This document shows positions 1 through 13,455 of a stretch of DNA of 64,000 bases, piece by piece. Every line of letters begins with the position of its first letter. The stretch's first letter is position 1. This DNA comes from the human T2T-CHM13v2.0 reference genome, Homo sapiens. The position numbers were made by a program, and so were the translations under genes. A model generated the notes under the pieces. It was not told the DNA's origin. It did not search any database and worked only from the letters and a program-made list of their open reading frames with translations. The stretch lies in the NCBI RefSeq assembly GCF_009914755.1, contig NC_060937.1; one strand, 5' to 3'.

Positions 1-1010
1 AGCTGGAAGCATCCACCTGGCTGGCATTTGTGGAGCAAGGCAGAATTGACTGAAAAGCTCAGCCTGGTTAAAGGATTTGAACTTCACCTGCAGGGTGGTG
101 AAGATCCTTTGGAGGATGTGACCGTGCCACAATGAGATTCACACTTGAGGATTTTGGCCCTGGTTCACCGTGGAGAGTGGCTTGGAGAGTGGTCATAGTG
201 AGGAAAGCATTCAAGGAGAGGAATAAGTGGGGGAACACCCAGGGGAGTGGCAGTGAGGGTGGTGGGCAGTGGATGTGCATCTGAGAAACTTGATCCATGT
301 GGAAAGGAGGGAGAAAGAGGAGGCGAGCGTGCTGCTCAGATTTCTGGTTTGCGCAACTGGGTGGGTGCAGAACGCGGGAGGAAGAGCAGGGTTGTGTAGG
401 GATAATCATTTTTCTTTTTTGGCTGTGCTGATTGAGGTGTCTGTGTGGGGGAGGGCAGGTGTCCAGCAGGCAGCTGGATCTGAGGGTGTGGTGCTGGAAG
501 GTGAGAGACTGGAGAGTCATCAATGGGCACTCGTGGGAACTGATGTTCTAGTGATGGAAGAGTAGCCCTGGGAACAGGGGAGGCGAGGAAAAAGTGCCCT
601 GACCAGAATTCGGTGAAACCTCAACATCTAAGGGAGAAGCAGAGAGAGGAAGAGAAAGCTAGAAATGCCACTGAGAAGTGGCCAGAGCGCTGGGGGAAAG
701 CAGAAGAGGGTGGTCTCTTGGAAGCACAGGGATGGCCGAATTTCAAGTCGAGTGTGCTCAGCAGGGCCAAACGCTGCCGGGCTGGTCAGATGAAGGCTGG
801 CAAAGGGTGTTTGGGTTCAGCAGCAAGAGGCTGTTGGAGACCTTGATGAGAGCAGCTCCCTGGAAGGCTCAGGACAGAGGCCTGATTACAGTGCAGAAGG
901 AGAAGAGGAGGGAAGGCGCAGATGCGAAAGTGTAGACAGCACTTTCCAAAAGCTCAGCTTCAAGGGGAGGGATGGGAAGAGGCTGCTGAAAAGTTGATCC
1001 GAGTCCAGCA
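1..1010 (-). mobile_element. Degenerate LINE2 (L2) fragment
   Basis: Purine-rich decayed sequence with antisense-L2-like phrases (CAGATTTCTGGTTTG, GGATCTGAGGG, GAGAGTCATCA, CCTTGATGAGAGCAG); boundaries approximate. Confidence 0.6.
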
Positions 1011-1639
1011 AATGGAGTCCTGAAGAGAAATGGGATCTACCGCATATGATGAGTCATGGATGCCCTTATGTATCCAGTTAAATTAGAATGCACAGACATT
1101 TAGCATTAAAGCCCATCTCCCTTCATTCATTTTTTTCTGGGAGTCCCCCAGGTCTTCTTTCTGAGTATGGCCCACGTATCTCAGCCTCCCAGCAGGTGTA
1201 TCCTCCCTCGCTTCGGACCTCTCTCCTTGGGGTACTCCCAGCGTGCTCTCTTGAGACCCTAAAGAGCTTATGCAGGACCGGCTCCCTGGGCAGCCAGGTA
1301 CTGCCCAAACTTGTAACCTGCCTCTCCAGGAGAGTTTGACAAACCAACAAATAAAGCTCATTCAGGGCCACACCTTCTGGATCATGAGTTTTGAAAAAAT
1401 GGACAAAATCCTAGATATCATGTATTAGAAACAAAGTGTTAAGATATAGCATTATATACACTATTGTGCTATGTTTTTAGGCTAGACAGTGCCTTGCACT
1501 TCAAAGTGCACGTCCTAGGCAGGAACATTCTGGGGGAAATGGAAAAAGCGATTTATCCATAGGCACACAGCCTTCTCTGCTTCCCCTTTAACTCTTTTTT
1601 TATTCTCCCACTCATGTCTTCTCTCAACCTAGCTTCTGG

Positions 1640-2375
1640 CATGTTGAGTCATTCATCCATTCACTCATTCATTTATTCATTCATCAAAAATATTTTGAGG
1701 ACTCACCTTCCAGGACATGATTGGCACTAAGAACTCAAAGATGGGTAAATCAAGAGTTTTGCCTGATAGGGGCAATATGACCTGTTCCAGTGGTCAGGTC
1801 TATGCAAACTTACCCCCAAATTCTGAGGAAGCAGAGACGCTGAAGAAAGAGGTTGACATATACAGTTTCTCAGAAAGAAACATTTAACAGGGACTTACGA
1901 ACAGGAGCCATGCCTCTGTTTCAGGTGGCAGAGAGATGGTGGCATCCCGGTGCTATTATCCTTCAAATCCAGGGCTTACAGACTATAGGGGACTGGTGGT
2001 TCAGAAGGGAGGTGTAGGCAATTGAAGTATGATAACATAAGGTTGCTTTGACCTAAGGGCAAGATTTATGGTAAGTACCTGCTCTTACAGCAGAAACAAT
2101 AGGTAAACTGGAAATCTTAGAGGCCTTCCCTGAGCAGGAGTTAATCAAAAGCCAACATGGTAGGTTAGCTCCCAAGGTGGAGGTGGAGTTGCTTTTGCTT
2201 CCACATGGCCAATGCTCTCATAGGACTATGCATACACTACAGTGAGAGCCCAACAGAGGGCACTCATATATCTGCCTGGGAATGCAGAAAGGACAAGGAG
2301 GGCTCACAGAGGAGGTGACATCTGAGTCTAGCCTGGAGTTGGCTCTCTCCAGGTGGCTGGCATGGAGACCATGTT
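1640..2375 (-). mobile_element. L2 3' fragment, interrupted by the LTR at 1783-2205
   Basis: (ATTC)n-like L2 tail at 1650-1685; L2-like GGAGGTGACATCTGAG resumes after the LTR. Confidence 0.5.
1783..2205 (-). mobile_element. ERV1-class solo LTR (MER4 group, MER93-like)
   Basis: TG...CA termini, flanks TGACC/TGGCC, resemblance to MER4-group LTR consensus. Confidence 0.7.
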
Positions 2376-3614
2376 TGGGGTTGGAATCTCCTGCCTCATC
2401 TCCCTCCTGGGGATCCACCTCACTTCCGGAAGGCCAGCTCTTGAGTAGGGATTGCTGAACCAGTTTTGTTACTCTTCCCAGAAAATATGTTATCTCTTCC
2501 AGGTCAGATACTTATATTTCACAAACCGTTGTATAGCTAATGCCTCAGCTCAAGCGGTGGCTTTCATGTGGGCCACTTTCTTAGGCTGGCAGATGGCCAT
2601 GTCTCTCAGATCGTCAGGCCACCAAGGTAGCGTCCCCTCTCCATTGGCTCCAGCCTGTTACCGCTGCTTCCAGATTCTGGAGACAGCAACAGCATTGCTG
2701 AGAAAGGACACTTACCTGGCAGTGGTGATTTTAAGGGCCACTTAAAGATACCACGGTTGGGTTGAATTAAGAACCGCAGAAGAGACTGCCTAGATCTCAG
2801 ATGTTGTGATGATATTCTCAGTGTCCACCCAAGGTTTCATGAAAGAAAAGATTCTATCATTAAATCTAATCAAACTAGGAAAACTGCTGATAAGTACCAA
2901 GGCCTGCAAGCCAAGGAGGAAAGCTGTGCAGTTTGGGGGAGGCAAGACAGACTCATTCTTAAAGCTTCATCATTTGGCTTCTTTCCCAGCCTGTACCCAG
3001 AATCTTGAGGAAGAAAAAGGCTAATTGAATTTTTGCTCCCTATGAAGACCCTTCCTCACTAGTAAAAGTTAAAACCCAGCAGACAAGGAAGCAATTTTAA
3101 AAAACCAAACTCTTCCAACTGTATGTATTTTGGAAAGTGCAATTTGCATCAGGTATGGTAATACTGAAACATAATCTAAATGAGAAACTCATATCCCAAA
3201 TATTCAGTGAAGTCAGTAAAGAGTAAGAAAAGATGCTATCTTCCCACTACCTATAATTTCCCTCCATATTGAGGCCTAGGGAAGTGGTTATGAGCTTGAC
3301 AAGTAGGGATTATTTGATTTTGAGGAGGATTATAAAAGAGCTTTATGAGGAAAATGATGAGCAGCTATTAAGAGACTGCACATGAGGAAACAATGGAAAG
3401 ACCTAGAAGAAAGTGGATTAAAACTGAAGAGGATATTTGAGGGGTTAAGAAAGACTTCCTCCCTGGGTTTTGCTGGGGAGATCTACATGGGTTTCCAAAG
3501 GCGATTGCAGTCTGTCTTTCTGTAAGTGGAATAAATCAGCAAACATGCCTTGGATGGCATCACATCAGTTCTGTGGGAGATACCAGGGAGCATAAGACAT
3601 GAACTCCCACCTAC

Positions 3615-3778
3615 GGGAGGCAAGGGGAGGGACAGCATTAGGACAAATACATAATGCATGCGGGGCTTAAAACCTCGATGACGGGTTGGTCAGTGCAGCA
3701 AACCACCATGGCACATGTATACCTATGTAACAAACCTGCACATTCTGCACATGTATCCTGGAACTTAAAGTAAAAAAT
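3615..3778 (+). mobile_element. L1PA 3' end (L1PA7/8-like), 5'-truncated
   Basis: GCAGCAAACCACCATGGCACATGTATACCTATGTAACAAACCTGCAC...GAACTTAAAGTA. Confidence 0.9.
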
Positions 3779-3799
3779 ATATATATATATTTGACATTA

Positions 3800-4126
<327 letters not shown>

Positions 4127-5439
4127 TTAGCCCTGCCCTTCTGGGTTCCCACAGACAGGATGGTGAGCAGTGAAGACTTGTACGCAGTTCACTGTGGCAG
4201 GCTCATGCACACTGATGTGTTAATCTTGTTGAAATATACTTTTCTTCTGTCTTCTGTCAGTGGATGTTTATTCGGTAACTAGGTTTTAATATAATGAGGT
4301 AAAAATTTGCAAAGTATTGTAGTAATGTCTTATTAATGAGTTCTATTTATAGGTGATCTACACTAAGCCCTTACCTTAAACTCTTTACTTTCCCAAAATA
4401 ATCTTGGCCTTATTTTAAAAGACTGTTTATAGTTAGAGACTCCTCAGATCTCTTATGCTTTGGGACCACTTTCTTGGTTCCTTGCTCAGCTAGTTCAAGG
4501 AAACTAATTTTACATCCAATAATTTTAATTTCTGATTGTAGATGCAGAACAATATTATGATCCTCTTGGAATGCTGCAAAAGGAGCAGCTTAAATATGGA
4601 AATAATGAGCTTTCTGCAAACATGCAAAGAATTATAATAATAGTTAGAGAAATAAAGCATTGTTGTGATGCTTGATTTTAGTACCTTCAATTATAGTTTG
4701 CAAATTCATAGGTCATTTCATGGAATTGTTATTTGAATATCTTTCTTATTTTTCTGTACTAGTATGCCCTTTTCTATTTTGATCTTTCTGTAAAGCCCTC
4801 TTTTTTTGCAAACAACAATTTCTGAAAATAACACTATTGGCGGGACCAGCAGGCCTGCTTTCATCTCTTCTCAGCCCTGGTACATGCTGTCTACTGAAGT
4901 ATTGACTTAAAGTCTGCAGGCTCAGTAATAATGTCTATTGTGTCTATTTACGGAAAATGAATTTTCTGGGCCTCATTTCCTTTCAGGGAGAAAGGGAATA
5001 ATTATGGACATTTATATATCACCCTGAGCATAATTGTGTTGAAGCAGGAAAAATAGAAAACAAAAAGACAAGATCCTGGACATCCAGGGCTCAAGATCTA
5101 AGATGTAATATTCCAAATATCATAGCAAATAGCCAAGCCAAAATATGAAAGACATGGCAGAACAGGTAACTTGGAAGAGTACATGGGAAAAGTGATTCAA
5201 AAGAATGATAATATCTTCTTTCACATTCTTGTATGGATTCATCATGAGCTTCAGACAGAGCAAAAACACTGTATCAGGCACCATGAAGCTTAGTCAAGTG
5301 TGGTACCTCCCCAGAGAGGATAACTAGGGAAAATACTGAGAATTTTTAAAAAGTTGATGTACATCAATGAAACAGGAGATGCAGGCTTGCAATCAGGAAG
5401 GATCACCTGCCTTTCAAGTTTTGCCAGTAGAGGTAATAG

Positions 5440-5485
5440 AATTTTTGTATTGCAGTGACACCTAATTTTGTACTGCAATGACACC
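5440..5485. repeat. Imperfect 23-bp tandem duplication
   Basis: AATTTTTGTATTGCAGTGACACC / TAATTTTGTACTGCAATGACACC. Confidence 0.8.
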
Positions 5486-5544
5486 ATAATTACTTTTATG
5501 GCAGATAGTCGTGGTTAGGGTATAGTCTGACTCCCATCAGCCAT

Positions 5545-5705
5545 TAGAGAAATGTAGCTATCAGAAATGAGATGAAATGATATTAACTCTCCAATGACAT
5601 TGCACTCACAGTTATGTGTGCTGCCTTCCAGTATTGGCTGCTTTTTAATGTGTGTATGTATATAGAAATATGTATGTGTATGTATTTGTATACACAAATA
5701 TACAT
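5545..5705 (-). repeat. Inverted local copy of 7391-7549
   Basis: Reverse complement aligns at ~92% by hand count (11 substitutions plus a 2-nt indel); also seen as paired ORFs 5515-5697(-) and 7390-7665(+). Confidence 0.95.
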
Positions 5706-5709
5706 ATTT

Positions 5710-5791
5710 TTGTATGTGATGTATTCAGAAAATCATTCTCCTAATGGGTTCAGCCATTAGGAGAATGATTTTCTGAATACATCACATACAA
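5710..5791. repeat. Perfect inverted repeat, 38-bp arms with a 6-nt loop
   Basis: TTGTATGTGATGTATTCAGAAAATCATTCTCCTAATGG-gttcag-CCATTAGGAGAATGATTTTCTGAATACATCACATACAA. Confidence 0.97.
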
Positions 5792-6099
5792 CGTGTGCTC
5801 AGCCTTCTGCACGGCTCTTGCTGTAGTGGTTTGGTTTACCACATAAACCCCATTAGCGTCTCCCATCAGCCATGGCACTTACAAGTGTAAAAGAATTTAT
5901 GTAGACAGTCCGTAGTGGTTTTTTTTTCCCCTTATGGTAAAGTGTTCTCCCTCCAGTTTCTGATTATTGAATTCATGTTTGTCTTCAAGACCTTCGTCAA
6001 ATGCTATTTGTTCTGGGAAGCTTTTCACCTTTTGTTCTGTCAGAATGAATTTAACATTTCCTCAAAGCCCCAGTGGCATCTATTCCTACATAGAAGTTA

Positions 6100-6240
6100 A
6101 TTCACTTGCTTCTGCTGTCATTACATACCTGCTTCTCCCACTGGATTTTAAGTTATTTGAACTCAATGACCATATCTTATTCTTATTTGTAATCTCAGTG
6201 CACAACACTGTGCATGGTGCATGTCAGTTCATTCTAAACA
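6100..6240 (+). mobile_element. L2 3' end fragment
   Basis: CTCCCACTGGATTTTAAG...GACCATATCTTATTC...CAGTGCACAACACTGTGCATGG. Confidence 0.5.
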
Positions 6241-7029
6241 AAGTAAAAGGATTAGTACCTTGTACAGCAGATCTTATTAAATCAACACAGTTTTTCAGTA
6301 CTCCTGTGAGCAAGGCCCTGCGTAAGGGTCAGGTGTTCTGCTAAGCTTTGCAGTAAGGGCTGGAAGAACGTGCACAGAAAGCTTCCTCATCCATAAATGG
6401 GATGGTCTGAAGATCAAGTCACTTGTATGTTCAGTGTCTAATGTGAGATAGGTGCTCAGTCTACAGTAACCATAGCTGTCACTTGGGAATTTCTCTGTTG
6501 GCTGTTGACTGAGCCAACATCATCCCTGGAATTTCACTTTGAGAGTTTCTCTGAACTGATTCTACTCCCTTCTAGGCCTGCAGCCTGCTTCCAAGTTTTC
6601 ACAACCACTCCTTTAACCATTTTCCTTTGTTCTTGCTATCAAAACCTTCGTATAACCAATCCTGTTATGTTCATCCAGTTTTTCTGCTGTTTTTAACATC
6701 TCTGTTCCCCTACTGACTGTACTCCAGGAGTTCTGGGCTCTTAATCTCTCAGGTAGGTCCTTCCCTTTTCCTTTCTCCTGGAAGCAATTCATTATGACAA
6801 TATTAGCAAAAGATGATGGTTTATTTATAATGTTGTCAAACTTATAAAATTTTTACAATCTTCTTTTAAAACTAGCTCTATACTAGGGATATACCATACT
6901 ATTCATAAGTTTTAAGGAGGGTGATCTCTTTTGCAAAGACTAAAGGTTTTTCCCCTGCTGCAGCTCATGCTTTGTCCTACTCAGCCAGAAGGAGAATATC
7001 AGGTGTGTTTCCACATGGTTGCTGGTTCC

Positions 7030-7205
7030 TGAGAGGTGGCTAGTACTGTGAGAGGAGACCTGGATGAAGAGGGAGAATCTAATGTTTGCTTCATGGCTCC
7101 CAACTTATCAGGTTACATGAGTTTTCACAAATCACTTAGCTTTCTCAGAGCTTTAATTTTCTAATACATAAAGCAGGAATTATAGTCCCTGCCAATCTCA
7201 GAGAG
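7030..7205 (+). mobile_element. MIR fragment
   Basis: AAATCACTTAGCTTTCTCAGAGCTTTAATTTTCTAATACATAAAGCAGG resembles the MIR core. Confidence 0.5.
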
Positions 7206-7254
7206 TTGTCTATCTTGTCAGCAAAAATGTTTTATATTGTTGTTAGGAGACTGA

Positions 7255-7620
7255 GAAGACTGGCTTAACAAATTAAGTGTAGCCATATAATGAGGTGCCA
7301 TAGCTCTGTAGTTCACTGCTCTGGGAAGATGCTCAGAATGTATTGTTTTAAAAAAATACTGCATAATTCCATTTTATGTTAAAAAGTGCATGTTTATTTG
7401 TGTACACATACATACACATACATATTTATATATACATACATGCATTAAAAATTGGCCGATACTGGAAGGCAGCACACATAACTGTGAGTGCAATGTGATT
7501 GGAGAGTTAATATCATTTCATCTCATTTCTGATATCTACATTTCTCTAAGTGGTAGGATTCTGGGTGACTTTTACCTTTTCTTTTGCAGTATGGAAAACA
7601 AATTAATAAAAAGAACTTTA
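7255..7620 (+). mobile_element. Old L1M (L1ME/MC-like) 3' UTR fragment; donor of the inverted copy at 5545-5705
   Basis: CATAATTCCATTTTATG, CTGGAAGG, GTGGTAGGATTCTGGGTGACTTTTAC motifs. Confidence 0.55.
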
Positions 7621-8505
7621 AATCTTCCTGCCCAAACTCTTCTCCTCCTAAAACTATCTAAATAAAAATGCAGTTTTTGTCTTCCTGTAATTCTGTCTCT
7701 TCCTGCGTCAGACCTGTACAGATTTCTTTTTAGCTGTAAAGATTTGTAGGGAATGTTGACAATAGTCTGGATGAAAATACAGACTACTTTGTAAACAGAA
7801 AGTTCCTTTGGCCGGGGGTGGTGGGTGCCCCTCTCAGAGACAGGCAGGCATCCTCCAGGAGGGGGACAGGTATAGGCTGGGTCGAGCTGCTTGGATCATG
7901 TAAATGAACAACTCTATATAGGGATGCTTCAGAGGCAGAAGTACCAGGGAGTTATTTAATGATGGGCAGCAGTTTATCTAATGATTCCTGCAGGATACCT
8001 AGGATGCCATAAAGCAGTATTCAAGAGTGAGAAATTGCTTATTCTATAAGGTCTACAGCTTAAGCCACCATATTTGGGGACTGGAGGCTAAAGGGATTTA
8101 TCTTCCAAGCAATAACTTTGTTTCTGATGGAGGGCACGCATCTGATTGTTTGGAGATCATCTGTCTTCTATAGCCACAGGCTGTGCTCAAACTATATTAG
8201 ATGCTAAAATAATCCAGTTAAGGAAAGCAGAGCTCAAAACACCTACTATCCACAGAACCACTGGCCAGGTGGCTGCCGAAGGACTTATAAGAAGGGCCTT
8301 CAGGCTTCTTGGAAGACTTCTTTGGGAGCAAAAGGTGGAGAACATCTCCCCTTAGGCCTCGTGCATCTAGTTATAATGGTAAGAAGGAGGTAGGGGCCTA
8401 GGAAATGGGGGAATCATAGATTCATCACAGAGCAGCAAAGCCAACTGGTCACCCACCAGCCTGTTCCTTCTCTGACCCCACAGTGTCCAGGTAGGACCTA
8501 CATGA

Positions 8506-8842
<337 letters not shown>

Positions 8843-8962
8843 TAAACTCAGTAAACCAAAACAAAAATCTAGCTTTGTGCTTGATTTTTTGGTGCAGTAC
8901 TGCAATAGAAGTAATTCTTCTAGTAGTTTTGGTGAGAATATCTTTTATACTTGTAGTCAGAC

Positions 8963-9257
<295 letters not shown>

Positions 9258-9836
9258 TATTTTTCCAAAGACTTACAACCTTAATTGATAATGAGATAAT
9301 CTAAGTTAAAATCTAAGTGAGCTTAGTTGCTATTTCTGATTCTGATTTATCCTTAAGTGTAGTGTGGAGTTCAAGCCATTCTGTTTTTTCCTTTTTAATG
9401 GGAATCTAGAGGCCAGAAGGGTAAGTTACCAGCGATTTAGAGGCCAAGGAGGTGCAGGACAAAGGTCTTCTTCCCTGGAGTCTGTCTTCCATCGCTGGCC
9501 AAAGACCTTGTCATCATTTCAGGAGGGCTCTTTATTCCCTTAAAAGCTGCTCTATTTTATTCTTTAACAATCCCCTGTTTTTTTATTTCTTTGATGACTG
9601 ATGAGGTTTATCATTTTTCCATGGATTGACTGAAAATCTTTAATAGTTGGTGGCTCTTTTCCTGCCTTCATGAGGGCAGCGGAGTGAGCGTGAGGCGTGG
9701 TCAGTATCTGCCATGTGGGGTGATGATGATCAGAGAGTAGAACCATGGAGGAACCTTGGTGATCACTAAGCCTGACTTTCACTCCCAGATTAGGAAACCG
9801 GGACCCACAGAGACCAGATGACTTGTCAATAACTAG

Positions 9837-10199
<363 letters not shown>

Positions 10200-10879
10200 G
10201 GGCTGTGTTTCTTAAACAGAAGTACTCATCATAATAAACTATATAAGTAAATGTAATAAATTTTAGGAGATTAAGTTGGCTGTTCTCAACTACAGGACCT
10301 AGTCTGGAACGTCATACTAACCAGTCCCTGGATGTACTTTACGTGTATGTCACTTTCCCACAAGTTGAGTGCCTTCATCTATTCAACTGAGGTTTCTTAA
10401 ATATTAATAATCCCACTCATAGTATTAATTCCAAACTGCAAAGTCTCAGAAGTACACATGATGCTGAATTTCATTGCCCAAGTTGTGGTTAATTACCTAG
10501 TGTATACTTCATTCTGAGAGAATTGCCCTTCATTGCTATTTGCTTATTTTCCCTTCTTTTGTGCTCACCCCATAACCCAGCTATCATTCATCTCTTCATT
10601 AGTTCCTGTCCCATGCTTGTGGCACAGGGTCATGCAGAGCAGGTGCTGGGTAAATACTTTACCAGGGGAGCACACACATTGCCCATTTGCCAGAGAAGAA
10701 GCAAAAGAGCATGATGCTTTTGCTCAGGGAGATGGTATAGAGAGATGGTTTCGGAGAAAAGTGGCGCTGAAAGCCAACTGAGACTGTGACAGCAATGAGA
10801 GTTTCTAAGCTTTTGCATTAGAATAACATTTTCACCACTACAGATCCAATAGCACAGAATGTTATTCACTGTCACGTTT

Positions 10880-11985
10880 GCCTATGAACATGGTTGGATG
10901 TCTTGTGGGTATATTACAGTTAGCATATCCTCCTCCCCATGTACTCTCCATGCATCCAGTATGTGGCCCCAAATCTTGGGGCAATGCTTGACTGCCCTTT
11001 CTCTCACCTAGTCCTTCAGCAAATCCTGCTGCCTCTGCCTTTGAAACAGGTCCCCAGTAGAACCACTTCCCACCATCTGTACAACTAAGGCCCTGGGCCA
11101 AGCCACTGTCATCACTCAACTGGAGTCTGCACTGATCCTCTACCCTGCTCCCTTCCTCAACCATTTATTCTCTAGCCTACAGCAGATTGAGCCTTTGAAG
11201 ATTTCATCAGATCAAATGACACTCCCACTTGAATTGCAAAGTGGCTTTTTTAGTTTTATGTAGACGGAAACCAGAGCTCAACAGGGTAAATGCTCTATGT
11301 GGTCCAGCTCTTGAGCCCTAATTGACATCCTGAGTCTCTTCCTCTTGACTTGCACACGCGCACACTGGCTTCCTGCTGTTCTTCAAAAGCAGTGAGCACA
11401 TCCCTGTCTCGGTTCTGTCATTGGGTTTGTTTCCTCATCTCAATCAATTATCTGATCAAATGTCACCTCTTCAGAAATGCCTACTTGGCCTCCACATCTA
11501 AAGGTGGTCTCCTTAGTCACTTGGTCCCTCTCTATCCACTTATCTTTTTTTTTCTGAGACAGGATCTTGCTCTGCCACCCAGGCTGGAGTGTAGAGGCCA
11601 ATTGTAGCTCCCTGCAGCCTCAAACTCCTGGGCTCAAGGGATCCTTCTGCTTCAGCCTCTCAAGTAGTTGAGACCACAGGTGTTCACCACCACTCTGGCT
11701 ATTTTTAAAATTTTTTGTAGAGATGAGGTCTTACTATGTTGCCTGGGCTCATCTCAAACTTCCAGCCTCAAGAAGTCCTCCTGCCTTGGACTCCCAAAGT
11801 GTTGGGATAGCAGGCATGAGCCACTACACCTGGCCTCTTTTTCTTTGTTGAATACGTTATACATTCATTCATTTATCATGTGCTCACCTCCACCCACCCC
11901 CTAGATTGCAGCCTCCATGAGACAGGCATTGGGTTTGGTTCACTGTTTCTACTATAGAAAATAAACATTTGTTGAATGAATTACT
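10880..11985 (+). mobile_element. L2 3' region, interrupted by AluJ
   Basis: TGGATGTCTTGTGGG, CAGCAAATCCTG, AAATGTCACCTCTTCAG; ends ATAAACATTTGTTGAATGAAT. Confidence 0.7.
11545..11835 (-). mobile_element. AluJ
   Basis: Diverged dimer with the J-type CTCCTGGGCTCAAG motif. Confidence 0.9.
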
Positions 11986-13320
11986 GGGATTATCTGAGAA
12001 CTGTATTTCAGTGATTAAAATTCCTGTTAAAACCCATAAAACTGAAAGGGCATTGGCAGCCTGCAGATGGTAAGACACTAGGGCTTGTCCTGTCATTGCC
12101 ATTGGACTTGTTTGTGTTGCTGTTCCCCTGCTCCCACCCCACCCCCATTTAAAATAAAATGTTATCAATAGATTTCACTTGAAAGTCTCTTGGAAGACTC
12201 CAGGATTAGTCCTGGCACCAGGTTAGAAGATGAGAGCCCTAGATGATGTGTTTTCAGAGCAAGTGCAGACAGTTTGCATTGATTCTGGACAGCATTAATG
12301 TCTGCATATTTATCTCCTTTACACAGATTCAAGAACCCGTATCACTCTCCCACCCAGTCCTCTCAAAATGGAAAAATTCCAAAGCCCTCAGGAAACATTA
12401 GCTGTAATTTGTTGTATCACATGACTTACAAATTGCCCAGGAGAAGCATAAATTGTCAATACTACTTCCAGAAGGGTTAACTTTATTAATATTTATGATT
12501 AGCCTCTGAATGGTATCGTTCAGCTTTTTGACTTTCTTTTATTCATGGGAGGTACATAAAGCAACTTCTTTTCAGGTTGAAAATACTGAGGCATATACAA
12601 AGTAAAGATATTTGAAAGGAACAATAAGCCAAGCCATATTTTGTGCTTATGATTTGTGTTTCTTCATGAGTGATGTACAGTCTTGAGCACTTTTGCTGCT
12701 TGGAATTGCCATGTGGTTGAAAACTTGGGCTATCTCGGGGGGTGGTTTAGAACACTGGATTCCAGATCAAGTAAAGCCATTTATCAGAACTTTAATTATG
12801 AAGTATTGAGGTATTGAGTTTCTTTCACTTGCTTGTCATCTTTGCATCCTGAGACCTTCTTTTGTCCCCAGTTTCCCATTAATTCTTGGCCATTTATGGA
12901 GACAGGTGTGGTTTAGTTTCCCCCAGTTTAGGCTGAGCCAGGTGTTTCATTCATCTTCAGCCTGTTGGTGTAACTGAGTCCCCACCTTCTACAAAGCTGG
13001 ATCCTAACTACCCAGGAATGTTTGCTCTTATTTTACTTCATTTCTCCCATTTCCCCAAATGCCTGGCTTCTAAGTCCTGCCTTTTTGGTCTGGGCTTGAC
13101 ACTGGCCAGTTTCTTTACCATTTTGGCTTCCATCTTCTTCATCCATAGATGAGATAGTTGTATTGGACAACCTGTAAGTCTATTCATTTATGAGCAGGTG
13201 AAAGTCTGGTATTATTAACTTCATGGTACAGATGGGATTAAAGCCTCTTTAACACTCCAAATTTGATAATTCTATAGCCCAATTGTTCAATTTAGACTTG
13301 TTAGGATAATTATTCTAGCT

Positions 13321-13455
13321 CAGTGATTCTGAAACTTCGGTGCGTAGGACTGGAAGTTTATTTACAGTAGAGATTTCTGACTCACTATATTTGGGGTGGA
13401 GCCCAGGAATCTGCATTTCTCAGAAGCAATAGCACAATTCTGATCAGGAGGCTGC
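13321..13455. mobile_element. MER5A-like hAT-Charlie MITE fragment
   Basis: CAGTGATTCTGAAACTT...GGGGTGGAGCCCAGGAATCTGCATTT. Confidence 0.65.

Noticed and set aside
2708-2718. Perfect minus-strand donor CAG|GTAAGT
   Set aside because: I could not pair it with a convincing acceptor and open frame; such motifs occur by chance in 64 kb
4542-4675. Stop-free stretch after TTGTAG (AEQYYDPLGMLQKEQLKYGNNEL...)
   Set aside because: No suitable donor and no recognised homology
5515-7665. Two 'paralogous' ORFs (PILEGSTHNCECNVIGELISFHLISD)
   Set aside because: Not a gene family; a by-product of the non-coding inverted duplication reported above
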